Source of the DNA: Mobula birostris | Lineage: Eukaryota | NCBI RefSeq assembly: GCF_030028105.1 | Contig: NC_092371.1 | Span: 14,033,884 to 14,097,883 of the forward strand | Reading direction: 5' to 3' | DNA: 64,000 bases | In this document: piece by piece, positions 33,878-48,230 of the stretch | How positions within the stretch are numbered: position 1 is the first letter of the stretch | Layout: each line of letters opens with the position of its first letter | Notes under the pieces: generated by a model | Seen by the model: only the letters and a program-made list of their open reading frames with translations | Databases searched by the model: none | What the model was told of the DNA's origin: nothing | Made by a program: the position numbers and the translations under genes

Positions 33878-34539
33878 CTAAACATCGAACCTGCGCCTTG
33901 TACTTGTTGCACCAGGTTACCGCGTCTGTTCGTCGCAAGATCAAACGGCTATGGAGAATTGTTCAGGAAGTCTGCGAAACAGAGCATGGTTTGACCATGG
34001 TTTCCAGGATGTAGACATGTGTATCGCTAACAAAAGCCGCATTCATTTCCTCTTGATTAAATTCCCGCAGAAGCTGGCGATGAGTCAACTGTGTGTACTT
34101 ACTGCAGCCCCTCTTGTAAGGGTAGCAGAGACATTAGAATCAGAGACATTGACGGAACACAGGTACAATATAGGGTAATTCACGATTTGGAGGAGAACCT
34201 GCAGCGGTGTATTCCCGTCCCTGTTACACCTAAACTGCTTGCCCAAGGTTCGGGAAGAGCTGCTGGATTTGTCTGGGAGGGTAACTGCAGTCAATTTTGA
34301 TGGGGTTACTTTACAATGAACAATACCGAGTTTGCCTTGTCGGAACTGCACCAATAGAGACCGGCAGAGAGTATTCTATTGTATTCGTGACCTGTGTTAA
34401 GGTAGAAATTGATGGTGTTGTCAAAAAGTATTACTCGCTCTGGGATTCCAACCTCTGACATGTTCTTGCAGTCACTATATTCGTACAGCGAAAGGCGCTT
34501 ATAATTAATGGTGATTCCTATAGCGTTGTTGCAATGTTG

Positions 34540-35125
34540 AGGCTTTGTAAGGTCAGACAGCAATTGGATTATTGTGAGTAGCTTTGGGCGCCTTATCTCA
34601 GGGAGGACGAGGTTCCATTGGAGACGGTATAGAGGAGGGAGGTGCACCAGGTTGACCTTGGGAATGAAAGAGTTAGCATCTGAAGAGCGTTTGATGGTTC
34701 TGTGCTTGTACTTGCAGGAGTTTAGAAAATGGTGCTGTTGGTGATGGTGGGCTGGGGGTGCGGCATCTCATCAAAACCAATGGAATATTGAAAGGCCTAT
34801 TTAGAGTGGAGGTGGAGACGATGTTTCCAACTGTGGGAGAGTCTATGGCCAGAGGGCACAACCTTAAAATAGTATGACGTCCCTTCAGAACAGTGATAAA
34901 GAGGAATTTGTTCGCAAGAAGGTGGCGAATCTGTGAAACACATTGCCACAGACGGCTGTGGAGGCCAAGTATTGGATGTATTTAAAGCGAAGATTGATCA
35001 GTTCTAGATTGGTCAGCACATCAAATGTTTCGAGGGAAAGGCAGGTTCAATGCGAAATAAATCAGACATGACAGAATAGTGGATCAGGCTCGATGCGCTG
35101 AATAGCCGAATTCTGTTCCTATGTC
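34540..35125 (+). mobile_element. CR1 3' fragment
   Basis: Degenerate RT C-terminus and 3' UTR. Confidence 0.7.
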
Positions 35126-35666
35126 ACATGGTTGCAGGATTCGTTGAAGTGATATTATATATGGATGCAGATCCTGTTGGAGTGGCCAGTGCCCCAAGAG
35201 TATGTTCATCCGGTGTTATATTTCTATTTATATATTTAGGATGGAACGTTGTTCACATTGCGCTTCTCGTGTTCACAGAATGTAACATGGGGCACAGTAT
35301 ACGAGGTTAATTTCCACAAATATGCTCGTTGTGGGCTGCAGTGCCTTCAATGTGCCATATAACATTAATGCTAAGAGGCTGACCTTTGGGCAGCAGCGTC
35401 CAAACTACGAAAACAGGAAACCCACACAGAAGTTCTAATTCGGTCACGTTTTCCACCTTAACCGTTAACTGTTGCTGCAACTGTTTATCAGTATTTGAAG
35501 CGCCTGAAAATGAAATAGGTGCATTGTGAGTGAGTCTGCCTACGATTTCCACAGTAGCTGTTCACTGGACGTCTATGATGACAGCACGTCCTGCTGCCTT
35601 TGTATCAGGGTCTGATTCATTTCCTTGTTACTGAAGGTCAATTCTCTCTCGAGCACCGATTTGGTT

Positions 35667-35766
35667 ATGGCACAATGCGGCTATTTCGGTCCAAAACCAG
35701 CAGTTGTGCTTTGAATGGCACAATGCGGCTATTTCGGTCCAAAACCAGCAGTTGTGCTTTGAATGG
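35667..35766. repeat. Perfect 48-bp tandem duplication
   Basis: atggcacaatgcggctatttcggtccaaaaccagcagttgtgctttga twice, then atgg. Confidence 0.95.
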
Positions 35767-35946
35767 AAAATTAAGTCCATTTCACTCTTTGTCCCTTATC
35801 AGTCCTCAGTTCTAATTAAGGGCCTCGGTCCGAAACGTTAACGGTTTATCTTTGTCCAAAGAATCTGCCGGAATTCTGAGTTTTTCAGAATTTGGTGAGT
35901 GTACTCTGAAAGTTCACTTCCTCTCATAAGGGCGCCCTAGTGGCGA

Positions 35947-36200
35947 CTCTTCTTCTTCTTAACCCCTCCTGCATTATAGGCCGCTGACAGCATCTTTACA
36001 GAAGCCTTTGTCCTGGGCCAGTCTTTCAAATTGTCCCCAGGCGGAGCCCACCTTCGAAGAACTTTGACCACCCATGGATGTGGCCTTTGGGACTTCGGCT
36101 GGCGTATCTGTAGGTATGTGTTTTTACGGGATGGGTTTGTTAGTCCCATGTCCAAGACTCAGACTTTCGCAAACCGGGCGTGAGGCCGCCCCTGTAGAAA
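35947..36200 (-). mobile_element. Short bipartite RTE-derived non-autonomous retroposon
   Basis: A 5'-UTR-like block (GCGAAAG..TTGGACATGGGACT..CCCATCCCGTAAA..CTACAGA) is joined almost directly to a 3' end TTAAGAAGAAGAAG. Related copy at 49763-49945. Confidence 0.55.
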
Positions 36201-36227
36201 TTAACTGGTGCTTCTGCTTTCCAGTAA

Positions 36228-37900
36228 CTCATAAGAGCATAAGAAATAGGAGCAGGAGTAGGCCATCTAGTACGTCGAGCCTACTCCGCCATTCAATAAG
36301 ATCATGGCTGATCTGGCCATGGACTCATCTCCATCTACCTGCCTTTTCACAATAATCCTTAATTCTACTAGTATGCAAAATATATCCGACCTCCTCTTAA
36401 ATATATTTGCTGAAGTAGCCTCCATTGCTTCATTGGATAGAGAATTCCACCGCTCCTCTGCACCGCCTCCAAAGCCAGTATATCTTTCCTCACCAGACCC
36501 TTGTACAGTTGCAGCATAACCTCCCTGCTCTTGAATGCAATTCCTCCATCAATGAAGTCCAACATTACATTTGACTTCTTGTTAGCCTTCTGCAGCTGCA
36601 AACCAATCTTTTGTGATTCATGTACAAACACTCCCAAGTCTCCTTTTGCATACTGAAAGTTTTTACCGTTTAAATAATAATCATCTCTTTCGTTTTCCCT
36701 TCCAAAGTTGATGAGCTCGCATTTACCAAGACGGTACTCCATCTTCCAGACCCCTGCCCAGTCACTTGGCATATCTATATGTCTGCAGACTCTCCGTATC
36801 TTCTGCACAATTTGTTTTTCCACTCAATTAGTATAATCAGCAAACTTAGATACACTGCACTCTGTCCAGATTGTTAATGTCTATCGTGAACAGTTGCGGG
36901 CCCAGCACCAACCCCTGCGGCACTCTGGTCACCATTGAAACAAATGTCCCCAGCTCTCTGCTTTCTATTAGTTAACCAATCCTTTATCTATGGTAATACT
37001 TCACCCCCGACTCGATGCATCCTTCTCTTATAGATTAGTCTTTTATGCGGCACCTTATCGATCGCCTTCTGAAAGTCCAAATATTTAACGTCCAACTATT
37101 CCCCTCTATCCACTGCGCTTGTTATATCCTCAAAGAACTCCAGTACATTTGTCAAGCAGGACCTGCCTTTGCTAAATACATGTTGCGTTTGCCTGATTGA
37201 TCCATTTCTTTTCATTTTGTCTTTAATGATAGTTTCAACTATTTTCCCAACTACAGATGTTAAACTAACTGGCCTATAGTTGCCTGTCTTTTGCCTACAT
37301 CCTTTTCTGAGCAGTGGCGTGACATACGCCGATTTCAATCCGCCGGGTCCTGCCCAGAGTCCAGGGAATTTTGGTAAATTATCATCCAAGCTCTAATGTA
37401 ACTTCTACCGTTTCTTTCAGTACTCTGGGATGCATTCCATCAGGACCAGGGGACTTGCCTATTTTTACGCCCACAAGTTTGCTCAACACTACCGTTTTAG
37501 TGATAGCTATTGTATTGAGGTGCTCACCTCCCATCGCATCCGTAACATCTCTTTTTGGCAAGTCAGACGTGTCCTGCATCGTGAAGGCAAATACAACATA
37601 GTCCTGCAAAGCCTCTGCCATTTTCTCATTACCGAATATCAAGTTCACTTTCTCGTCCTCCAAGGGACCTACGTACACTTTAGCCACCCTTTTCTGCTGT
37701 TTATAATTATAAAAAAGTTACTATCTGTTTTTATATTTTGTGCTGGTTTATATTCATAATTTAGCTTCCTTTTCTTTATTGTTCACTTAGTGGTTCTTTG
37801 TTGATTTATTAAAGTGTCTCCATCCTCCAGTTTCCCACTAGTCTTGGCGACTTTTTATGCACGAGCTTTTAATTTGTTGCCTTCTTTTAATTCCTTACTT
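36228..37900 (-). mobile_element. Decayed CR1 ORF2
   Basis: YRPVSLTSVVGK and KSPGPDGMHPRVLKE motifs; cataagagcataaga tail. Confidence 0.85.
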
Positions 37901-39234
37901 ATCCTAGGCTGGTTCTCCCCACCCTTACTTTGCTTGCTTTTAACTGGAATGTACTTTTTGTTGAGGACATTCCTGTTGAACTCGCTCTCACTTCTCTCCA
38001 TGTCACCCATTGCTATCTACTTCCGTTTCTTTCCCACTTGTGTGACCAACAAGTTTGATGTTAAATCTGCAGCTACTTTTCACCGCCTCGTGCGGGTTTC
38101 GCCTTGTTCTCAATCTGAAAGTTTTATATAATTCCCGATTTCCACGTTGGATTTATTAAGGATGATCGTTATGTACGCTCCTCCAACCCAGTCTTGCAGT
38201 CAGCCACTATTCTCATGCTTGTAAAAACACATGAGAATCAGCAGATGCTGGAAGCCTGGAGCAACACAAACAAAATGCTGGAGGAACTCATTAAATCAGG
38301 CAGCATCTATGGAGGTGACCTGATGAAAGTGCTGGGCCCAAAACATCGACTGCTCATTTCTCTTCATAGATACCGCCTGATCTGCTGAATTCCTTCAGCA
38401 CTTTGCGTGTGCGTTGCTCACTCCCATCAAACTATTTCAGAAAGTTGGCTTCCTCTTTAGCCTTTTTTTCGTTATTCAGTATTATCTCTAAGTTCTAGTG
38501 CCTCCCTGTATATTGTGTAGATCAGACCCAGAGGGCTTCATAGAAATACATATAACTTTCTTAATCTTCAGTGAACTGTTCTCATTTTGTGGATAGTTGG
38601 GTGATAGGTGTGGGTCGGCTAAGAGGGAGAAGCCTTCGGATGGAAACCTTATTAGAAATTCATTCTTTGATCCGTAGAAGTTGATAATTGCACCGTGGTT
38701 TACCCCCTTCAGACTGCACCTCACCAAGTGCACTGAATTCATTTGCAATTACATTTGGCACGCCGGCTTTCATGCACTCAGAAGTAATTTTCTTATATGT
38801 ACCTATTAACCTGTCCACTAAGTTAATGTTCGTGCTCTTGAATTTTGAATCACTTCAGGATTCGAGGTGTTGTGCGTTCATAAAAGCTCTTCTGCGCACC
38901 ACTGTTATAACGCGTGGCCATTTGAAATATTGTCGCCTTCCTGTCAGCTTGATCCAGTCTGGCTACTTTCCTCTCATCTCCTTCAGAAACAAGGCGTTGG
39001 CGCCCACAAAATTGCCGCACTCTCGATGTTTTTATTTGATTTCCTTTCCAGACTCCGTTAACTCTAGATACTGTTGTTTATGAAAATCCTTGGAGATCAG
39101 TAGTTTCGGAAAAATGTTATTAAACTGGAAAGAATGCAGAAAAGGTTTACAAGGACGTTAGGACTCGGGGCACGACTTACATGGATACGTTACACAGGCC
39201 TGGACTTCACTCCTTAAGAAGTGGGAGACTGAGA

Positions 39235-39680
39235 AAAGTGGTAGCCTCCAACCTGATGGCATGAACATCGACTTCTCTAACTTCCGCTAACGCCCCACCT
39301 CCCTCTCGTACCCCATCTGTTATTTATTTTTGTACACACATTCCTTCTCTCACTCTCCTTTTTCTCCCTCTGTCCCTCTGACTATATCCCTTGCCCAACC
39401 TCTGGGTTTCCCCCCCTCTGTCTTTCTCCCCGGACCTCCTATCCCATGATCCTCTCGTATCCCCTTTGCCAATCACCTGTCCAACTCTTGGCTCCATCCC
39501 TCCCGCTCCTGTCTTCTCCTATCATTTTGGTTCTCCCGCTCCCCCTCCCACTTTCAAATCTCTTACTAACTCTCCTTCAGTTAGTCCTGACGAAGGGTCT
39601 CGGCCTGAGCCGTCGACTGTACCTCTTCCTAGAGATGCTGTCTGGCCTGCTGCGTTCACCAGCAACTTTGATGTGTGTTG
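39235..39680 (+). mobile_element. Penelope-like 3' terminal fragment
   Basis: Matches the 3' ends of the other PLE copies; hammerhead motif mutated (GAAAC to GAGCC). Confidence 0.85.
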
Positions 39681-40239
39681 ACTGAGAAGTGATCTTATAG
39701 TGGGTATAAAATCCCGAAGTGCAAATGTGTTGTGAAAGTCTTTATTCACAGAGTTAGGCTATCAAGAAATGGAGGGCATAGGTGTCAAGTGATAAGGGAA
39801 AGAGGAGAGGAACTTTAGGGGCAATTTTTTAAACAAAGGGTTGTATCTGCGTGGATTTCGTTGAGAGGGTTACAACGAAAACTTTAAAAGGACAGTTAAA
39901 GGTACATACATAGGAATTGTTGAGAGGGATATGGTTCAAGCACAGGCAAGTGGGACATACTTGTATGGACCATCTTGATCAGCATGGACCAGTTGGACTG
40001 AAAGACTTGTTTCCGTTCTGTGATTCTCTGACTCTGCTTATTTGATGCCTGCTTATGTAGCTCACAGTCATTTTTAATATTATTTATGCGAGTTGATTTT
40101 GGCTCGATGACAATTTCTATGCAACCATTCTGAAAATGAGGGGAACGATGCGAAGAGACGGTCATGCATTTCCATAGCGCCTTTTCTGAATGCTGCCCAG
40201 TGACATTTCTTTCCTCATGCGGTTTCTGAGACGTGCAAG

Positions 40240-40860
40240 TCAATGGCAAGATGGGTGACTGTTAAGAGAAATGTAAATGTGAATAGTCAGTTAGCACAGA
40301 ACATCTCTGTGGCCATTCGTCTTAATAATAAGCATACAGCTTTGGATGCTGTTGTGGGGGAATGACCTCCCAGTAGATTGCCACGAAGACCGAGTTATTG
40401 GCACAGAGCATGGTTTCATGGTTCAGAAGGGGAAGTGGAAGGAGAGTGGATCGGTAGTGATAGGGGAATCAATGGTCAGGGGAACAGACAGGAGTTTCAG
40501 TGGACGTGAACAAGGCACCCGAATAGTATGTTGTTTCTGAGGTGCCAGAGTCAGGGACGTCTCGGATCGCGTCGACAAAACTTTGGAGAGTGAGGGACAG
40601 CAGCCAGACGGTTTGGTACATATTGGTGCCAATGAGATAGGAAGGAAAAGCAGAGCGGTCCTGAAAAGAGAACTTAGAGAGCCAGATAGAAGCCGAGAAG
40701 CAGTACCTCCCGGATAGTAATTTCTGGATTGCTGCATGTGCTATGCGCCAGTGAGGGTAGAAACAGGATGATTTGGCAAATTAATGTGTGGATGAGTAGT
40801 TGGTGCATGGGACATAACTTCAGGAATATTGGGATCTCTTCTGGGGCAGGTATGACCCGT
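40240..40860 (+). mobile_element. CR1 ORF1 (SGNH esterase-like) remnant
   Basis: SVVIGESMVRGTDRSF...VCC motif. Confidence 0.75.
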
Positions 40861-40869
40861 TCATAATAA

Positions 40870-41700
40870 TATTGTTAGCTGCCTTAATGGCGATCGCCCG
40901 GTAGCACTCACATCTACAGTAATGAAATGATGAAATGTCATGACTAGACTGAACTCCTGCCTCAGCAAGAACCTGGACCAATTTCAATTTGCCTGTCGCC
41001 ACAATACGTCAACGGCAGATGCAATCTCAATGGCTCCTCACACGTCTTTAGACCACCAGGACAACACAGTCACCTATGCTGTCCATCGATTATAGCTCAA
41101 CATTTAATACTGTCATTCCCAGAATCCTGATTGTGAGGTTACAGAACTTGGGCCTCTGTACCTTCCTGTGTAACTGGATCCTCAATTTCCTAACTGGAAG
41201 ACAGCAATCTGTGCCGATTGGTGATAACATTTCCTCCTCACTGACGATCAACACAGGTGCATCTCAGAGGTGTGTGTTTAACCCATTACTCTACTCTTTA
41301 TATACACATGACTGCGTAGCTAGGCATAGCTCAAATATTATCTATAAATTTGCTGACGATACAGCGATTGTTGGTAGAATCTCAGGTGGTGACGATAGAG
41401 CGTACTGGAGTGAGATATGTCAGCTAGTGGAGTGGTGTCGCAACAATAACCTGGCTCTCAAGGTCAGTAAGACTAAAGAGCTGATTGTGGACTTCAGGAA
41501 GGGTTAGACGAAGGAACACATACCAATACTCATAGAGGGATCAGAAGTGGAGAGAGTGAAAAGTTGCAAGTTCCAGGGTGGCAACATCTCTGAGGACCAA
41601 ACCTGGTCCCAACATATCAATGCAGTTATAAAGAAGGCAAGACAGCGGCTATACTTCATTCGGAGTTTGAAGAGATTTGAAATTTCGTCAAATACCAGGT
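40870..41700 (+). mobile_element. Rex1/Babar-like RT fragment
   Basis: [15 protein letters not shown]...[17 protein letters not shown]...KFADDT. Confidence 0.85.
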
Positions 41701-42304
41701 TTCTCCTGCCATCCGAAGGTAGAGCGTTCCTATGAAACGGTCGGAATGTCGTAAAGTGAAGAAGCGATTACCATTTATTTACATGGGACAGATTTGTGAG
41801 CGTTCGCAGACCCAAAAAAAACCTTACCAAATCATGCCAAATAACACATAAAACATAAAATATCAGTAACATGTAGTAAAAGCAGGAATGATATGATAAA
41901 TACACAGCCTATATAACGTAGAGATACTTTTCTACAATCATTGCCGCACTGTCCACCGTAGCGAAAGTCTCACGCAAGCGCTTTCGGCAGAAACATTCTC
42001 TCCAGTAACCTTTAAGCTATGAAGCTGTCAAATCATACCAAATAACACATAAAAATACACAGCCTATATAAAGTAGAAAAATGTATGTACAGTGTAGCAT
42101 CACTTACCGGAATCGGGAAGACAGCGCCGAGCACACTGATGATGGTGTGTTAGGCTGAGTCGTCGGAGGTTAGAGTGGTGCAGTGATCCCCAACCTACAG
42201 GCCGCGGATCGATACCGATCCGCGAGGCATGCAGGGGTGCAGCAGTGGCCGGGACGCACCCAGCACATATTTAAGAGAAAAGCCGAAATAAACAAGCTAA
42301 TTAA

Positions 42305-43735
42305 TTATAGACAATAGACAATAGGTGCAGGAGTAGGCCATTTGGTCCTTCGAGCCAGCACTGCCATTCACTGTGATCATGGCTCATCATCACCTATCAG
42401 TATCCACTTCCTGCCTTATCCCCATAACCTTTGATTCCACTATCCTTAAGAGCTCTATCCATCTCTTTTTTGAAAGCATTCAGAAACTTGGCCTCCACAG
42501 CCTTCTGGGGAAGAGCATTCCATACATCCACCACTCTCTGGGTGAAAAAGGTTTTCCTCAACTCCGTTCTAAATGGCTTACCCCTAATTCTTAAACTGTG
42601 GTCTCTGGTTCTGGACTCACCCATCAGCGGGAACATGCTTCCTGCCTCCAGCGTGTCCAATCCCTTATATGTTTCAATAAGATCCCCTCTCAGTCTTCTA
42701 AATTCCAGAGTATACAAGCCCAGTCGCTCCAATCTTTCGATATATGACAGTCCCGCCATCCCGGGAATTAGGCTTGTGAACCTACGCTGCACTCCCTCAA
42801 TAGCAAGAATGTCCGTCCTCAAATTTGGAGACCAAAACTGCACACAGTACTCCAGGCGTGGTCTCACCAGGGCCCTGTACAGCTGCAGAAGGACCTCTTT
42901 GCTCTTGTATTCAATTCTCCTTGTTATGAAGGCCAACATGCCATTAGCTTTCTACACTGCCTTCTGTACTTGCATGCTTGCTTTCATTGACTGATGTACA
43001 AGAACACCTAGATCTCGTTGTGCTTCCCCTTTTCCTAACTTGACTCCATTTAGATAATAATCTGCCTTCCCGTTCTTAGCACCAAAGTGGATAACCTCAC
43101 ATTTATCCATATTAAACTGCACCTGCCATGCATCTGCCCACTCACCCAGCCTGTCCAAGTCACCCTGCATTCTCATAACATCCTCCTCACATTTCACACT
43201 GCCACCCAGCTTTGTGACATCGGCAAACTTACTAATGTTACTTTTAATTCCCTCATCTAAATCATTAATATATATTGTAAACAGCTGCGGTCCCAGCACT
43301 GAACCCTGCGGTACCCTACTGGTCACCAGCTGCCATTCCGAAAGGGACCCGTTAATCGCTACTCTTTTTTTTCAGTCATCCAGCCAATTTTCAATCCACC
43401 TTAGTACTCTGCCCCCAATACCATGTGCCCAATTTTGCCCACTAATCTCCTATGTGGGACTTTATCAAAGGCTTTCTGAAAGTCCAGGTACACTACATCC
43501 ACTGGCTCTCCCTTGTCCATTTTCATAGTTACATCCTCAAAAAATTCCAGAAGATTAGTCAGGCACGATTTCGCCTTCGTAAATCCATGCTGACTCGGAC
43601 CAATCCTGTTACTACTATCCAGGTGTGTCGTAATTTCATCTTTTATAATTGACTCTAGCATCTTTCCCACCACCGACGTCAGGCTAACCGGTCTATAATT
43701 CCCTGTTTTCTCTCTTCCTCCCTTCTTGAAGAGAA
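42305..43735 (-). mobile_element. CR1 ORF2 3' half with tail
   Basis: ORFs 43401-43673, 42952-43326 and 42397-42939 carry RT motifs; atagacaatagacaat tail. Confidence 0.9.
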
Positions 43736-43799
43736 CAGGGAATTAGGTGCCACCGGGCACGTAAATGTCGGCCCAGATCAGAGGCGACGCAATCGGCAT

Positions 43800-45770
43800 T
43801 CCTGTCTGATTAGAGGCCCGTGACGGGTTGTGTGTCGCAAGGATTGGTGCTTGGTCCGTTGTTGTGCATCAACGAACTGGATGATAATGTGGTAAACCGG
43901 ATTAGCACATTTTCCGATGACTGGGGCTATACTGGACAGTTTGGAAGTCTATCAAAGCTTGCATCGGGGTCTGGAACAGTGGGTAATATGGGCTGAAAAA
44001 TGGAAGACGGAATTTAGTGCAGAGGAATGTGATGTGTTGCAATTTGGAAGTGCTAACCAGCTCTTACACGCATTGAAGAGTTCGGTAGAACGGAAAACTG
44101 GGAATGCGGATGAAAGTTGCGTCACAGGCCGATAGGGCTGTGAAGAAAACTCTTGTCACACAGACCTTGATAAATCAATGTATTGGTTAGAGGAGTTGAG
44201 GTGTGGTGTTGAAATTATATAAGATGCTGGTGAGGCCTAAGATGGAGCATTGTGTGCAGTGTTGGTGACTTGCCTACTGGAAGGATGTTAAGAAGATTGA
44301 AAGAATGCAGGGGAAATTTCAAGGATATTTACAAGGCTCAGTGCTGGGACACCAGTTGTTTACAATATATATTAACGACGTAGACTAGGGCAAAAAATGC
44401 AGCATCTCCAAGTTGTCGGATGACACAAAGCTGGTCGGCCGTGTTAGCTGTGAGGAGGATGCTAGGAGGATGCAGGGTGACTTGGATAGGTTAGGTGAGC
44501 GGTCAAATTCATGGCAGATGCAATTTAATGTGGAAAAATGTGAGATTATCCACTTTGGTGGCAAGAACAGGAAAACAGATTATTATCTGAATGGTGGCCG
44601 ATTAGGAAAAGGGGAGGTCCAACGAGACCTATGTGTCTTTGTACATCAGTCATTGAAAGTGGGCATGCAGGTACAGCAGGCAGTGAAAAAGGCGAATGGT
44701 ATGCTGGCATTCATAGCAAGAGGATTCGAGTACAGAAGCAAGGAGGTACCACTGCAGTTGTACAAGGCCTTGGTGAGACAACACCTGGAGTATTGTGTGC
44801 AGTTTTGGTCTCCTAATCTGAGGAAAGACATTCTTGCCACAGAGGGAGTACAAAGAAGGTGCACCAGATTGATTCCTGGGATGGCAGGACTTTCATTATG
44901 ATGAAAGAATGGATCGACTAGGCTTATACTCGTTGGAATTTAGAAGACAGAGGGGGGATCTGATTGAAAAGTATAAAATTCTAAAGGGATTGGACAGGTT
45001 AGATGCAGGAAGATTGTTCCCGATGTTGGGGAAGTCCAGAACGAGGGGTCACAGTTTGAGGATAAAGGGGAAGCCTTTTAGGACCGGTGAGGAAAAACGT
45101 CTTCACACAGAGAGTGATGAATCTGTGGAATTCTCTGCCACAGGAAACAGTTGAGGCCAGTTCATTGGCGATATTTAAGAGGGAGTTAGATATGGCCCTT
45201 GTGGCTAAAGGGATCAGGGGGTATGGAGAGAAGGCAGGTACAGGGTTCTGAGTTGGATGATCAGCCATGATCATACTGAATGGCGGTGCAGGCTCGAAGG
45301 GCCGAATGGCCTACTCCTGCATCTATTTTCTATATTTCTATGTTTCTATTTAAGGACCTAAGCTATAGAGAATAGTCGAATAACTTGGGTCTTTATTGCC
45401 TGAAAGGTAGAAGACTGAGGGGTGATTTGATAAAGGTATACAAAATTAAGAGGGGTAGATGCAAGCGGAGGTTGGCTGAGAGTACAAATTGAGGCCATGG
45501 GTAAAGGGTGAAACCTGGAAAAGCTATGGGGAACATGAGGAGAAACTTCCTCACTCAGAGGGCAATGAGAGCGCGGAGAGAGATGCCAGTTGAAGTTATG
45601 GATGCGAGTTCGATTTCAACATTTAAGAAGAATTTGGAGAGGTCCGTGGATGGGTGAGTTGTGGAGGGGCCGATGCTCCAGATGGAGACCGATGGGAAGG
45701 GGCAACTTAATATTTCGGCACAGACTCCACCAAATGCCTGCTTCTGCGCTGCAGTGTTCTATGACCCAAT
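43800..45770 (+). mobile_element. Cluster of CR1 3' fragments
   Basis: SDDTKLVGRVSCEED RT motif, (TTTCTAT)n-like tail at about 45325-45350, and further 3' fragments. Confidence 0.8.
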
Positions 45771-47739
45771 GAATCACTTGTTGAATCCCCAAATTAGGAA
45801 TGTATTGAAATGAGCGGAATTGACAGGTGAGTGGAGCGTAACAATATAAGACCATAAGACCATAAGACAAAGGAGCGGAAGTCGGCCTTTCGGCCTATCG
45901 AGTCTGCTTCGCCATTTTATCATGAGCTATTTAGTCCCACTCCCCTGCCTTCTCACCATAACCTTTGATGCCCTGGCTACTCAGATACCTATCAATCTCT
46001 GCCTTAAATACACCCAATGACTTGGCCAATACACCCAATGGTCATATAAGGGGATTGGGAAATTGCATTGGCGGAGTAGATGCAATTTCGTACTTGCACT
46101 TCGACCGTTTAGCACTGCGAGATTGTACAAGCGTCCTAAACCTTATCTACGTAAAGCATATTGGTTTATATAATCCCGCAGACGAACAATAGCGATTCTT
46201 TCCCAGTATATAGACGTGACAGCGGTCACTCAAACAACTGGAGGAAAACAGATGACCCAGTCTGTTTATTTGACTACTCTGTTCTATTCATTAGAAGACA
46301 GCCCACAAACAAATAAGTTTATTGATCTTTCACTCTTGTTGGAATGTCCGAAATTGTGACAGGCGATATGGAAATGAAAACTGATTATTTTGTTAGCTTG
46401 TCATCTCTCGTCTGAGACACATTCTCGGTGCTCTCTGCTACCGCCACATGGTCACTCGTGGAATTTCCAGGAGCTCCATTTCCCGCTTCTAAGCCCCTTA
46501 CCCACTGCCGGCTAGGCCTGTTCTCATCTACTGACAAATACACTTTAACTTATACAATTAACAAACCACTTGGTTTCAGAATTTGTTGGGTATTATTGGC
46601 AATGGAGGTGTACAATACGCTTACATACTAAAATATCATGAGCATTCCACGCATAATTTTGTTTCTATACTGACAGAATTCGATTTCACTGATGGAGTAA
46701 TATATTGCCTGAAAAGAAGCAAATCAAGTCCACACATTATCCAGAAGCGTATGCAAATTCGGATTAATAATACTTCAGAAAAATTGTGAAGACTCCCATC
46801 ACATTCTTTTCCAGAGAACCTAAATTCCCGGTCTTCTTCATTTGATTTATATGTGTTTCTGGCTTTAAAGTCACATGTGACTGGAATTTTAGTCTTTGCA
46901 CCTGTTTGGGCCGTGAGCTTTTCGTCTGCTCGGTTGTCCCACGAAAGCCAAAAATGTGGAAGTTTCATATAACGGGTTTAACTTCCCTGCGATTTTGAAG
47001 TTTCAGAGCTGAATTTAATGTGGAGATTAAGGTGATCTGAAATGCAGTTCTGATCACTGGCTAGAAAGAAGGCGAAATCTATTGCTTGTTGTTGATGTTG
47101 ACGGTTGCAGTTGAGTTATGGGATAGATCAGAATGAGGGAGATAACCTTGAAGACAAAGGCAGACTGCTCAGCAGTGGCCTCAGGCAGAACCTTTCCTCA
47201 AATTATGGTGAAATCTGCAACCCTTCCTCAGAGGTTTCTCGGAACCTGCAATCAGCTGTCATCAGGATTTGTATATGGCAATATGCAGAGCAAGAGACAC
47301 TGAAGTGTGTCGATAGTTCACAGACCTGAATGCGAACAGAGCTAGAGGGAAAAAAAAACAATAAACGCGAGGCCAAAAAGGACTGTTAACTAAAACTCTC
47401 AAATGAAGAACGAAGCATACACTGCGCCTGAACGGTATAACTAAATATAAAACGAATACTGCTAGTCTTCAGAGTCAGTTGACTCGACAGTCCAATTTCT
47501 TAGGCAGGGCCGACAGCAAGCAGGCAGCGAAGCGTTGCTGTGTTGGGTTCAGATCCCGACAAGCACAAAGACGGAAAGAATGGAGTCAAATACTAACACA
47601 ATGAGATAATAATTAGCTGACATGTGCATATCCACGAGTGCAATTGCCGTATCTGATGCACTGCCGAATCCGTGGTTATGACATCAGTTCTGTATGTCAA
47701 AGTAGAGATTGCTTACCCCAAAGTACCCTAAAGTAAAGA

Positions 47740-48230
47740 AATTTGGGATCAAATTGCAAAGTTCAAAGCAATTTTATTATCAAAGTACACATATGTCACC
47801 GTATACGAAGCTTGCTGGCATAATAAGTAAATCAACGAACCACAACAGAATCAATGAAAGACCGCACCCAATAAAGTGGAAATACACCCTGTGAGCAGAA
47901 GAGAACAAACTGTGTAAAAACAAAATAAAAGTAAAGAAATAATAAATAAATAAATAAATAAATAGCCAATACATAGAGAACATGAGCAAAGAGAGCATGG
48001 TTTGGGTGGTGTGTGTAATGGACTTGACGGTATCTGCTACTTTCTGTAGGATTTTCCGTTGAAGGGCATTGGCGCGTTTCCATGCCAGACCGTGAGGCAA
48101 ACAGTCAATGCACCTTCCAATACATATCTATGGACGTTTGTGCAAGTTTTAGATGTCATGCCGATACTTCGTAAGCTTCTAAGGAAGTAGAGACGGTGCT
48201 ATGCTTTCGTTGTAACTGCAACAAACCTTC
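47740..48230 (-). mobile_element. Rex1-like LINE 3' fragment with (AAAT)n
   Basis: ANALQRKILQKVADTV-type motif; AAAT repeats at about 47938-47962. Confidence 0.6.

Noticed and set aside
46583-46789. Plus ORF with TDGVIYC
   Set aside because: The motif is out of register with DxGxYxC and has no partner exon.
46636-46968. 110-aa minus ORF with PVTCDF and RFSG words
   Set aside because: No C-strand Trp, no DxGxYxC and no convincing splice sites.
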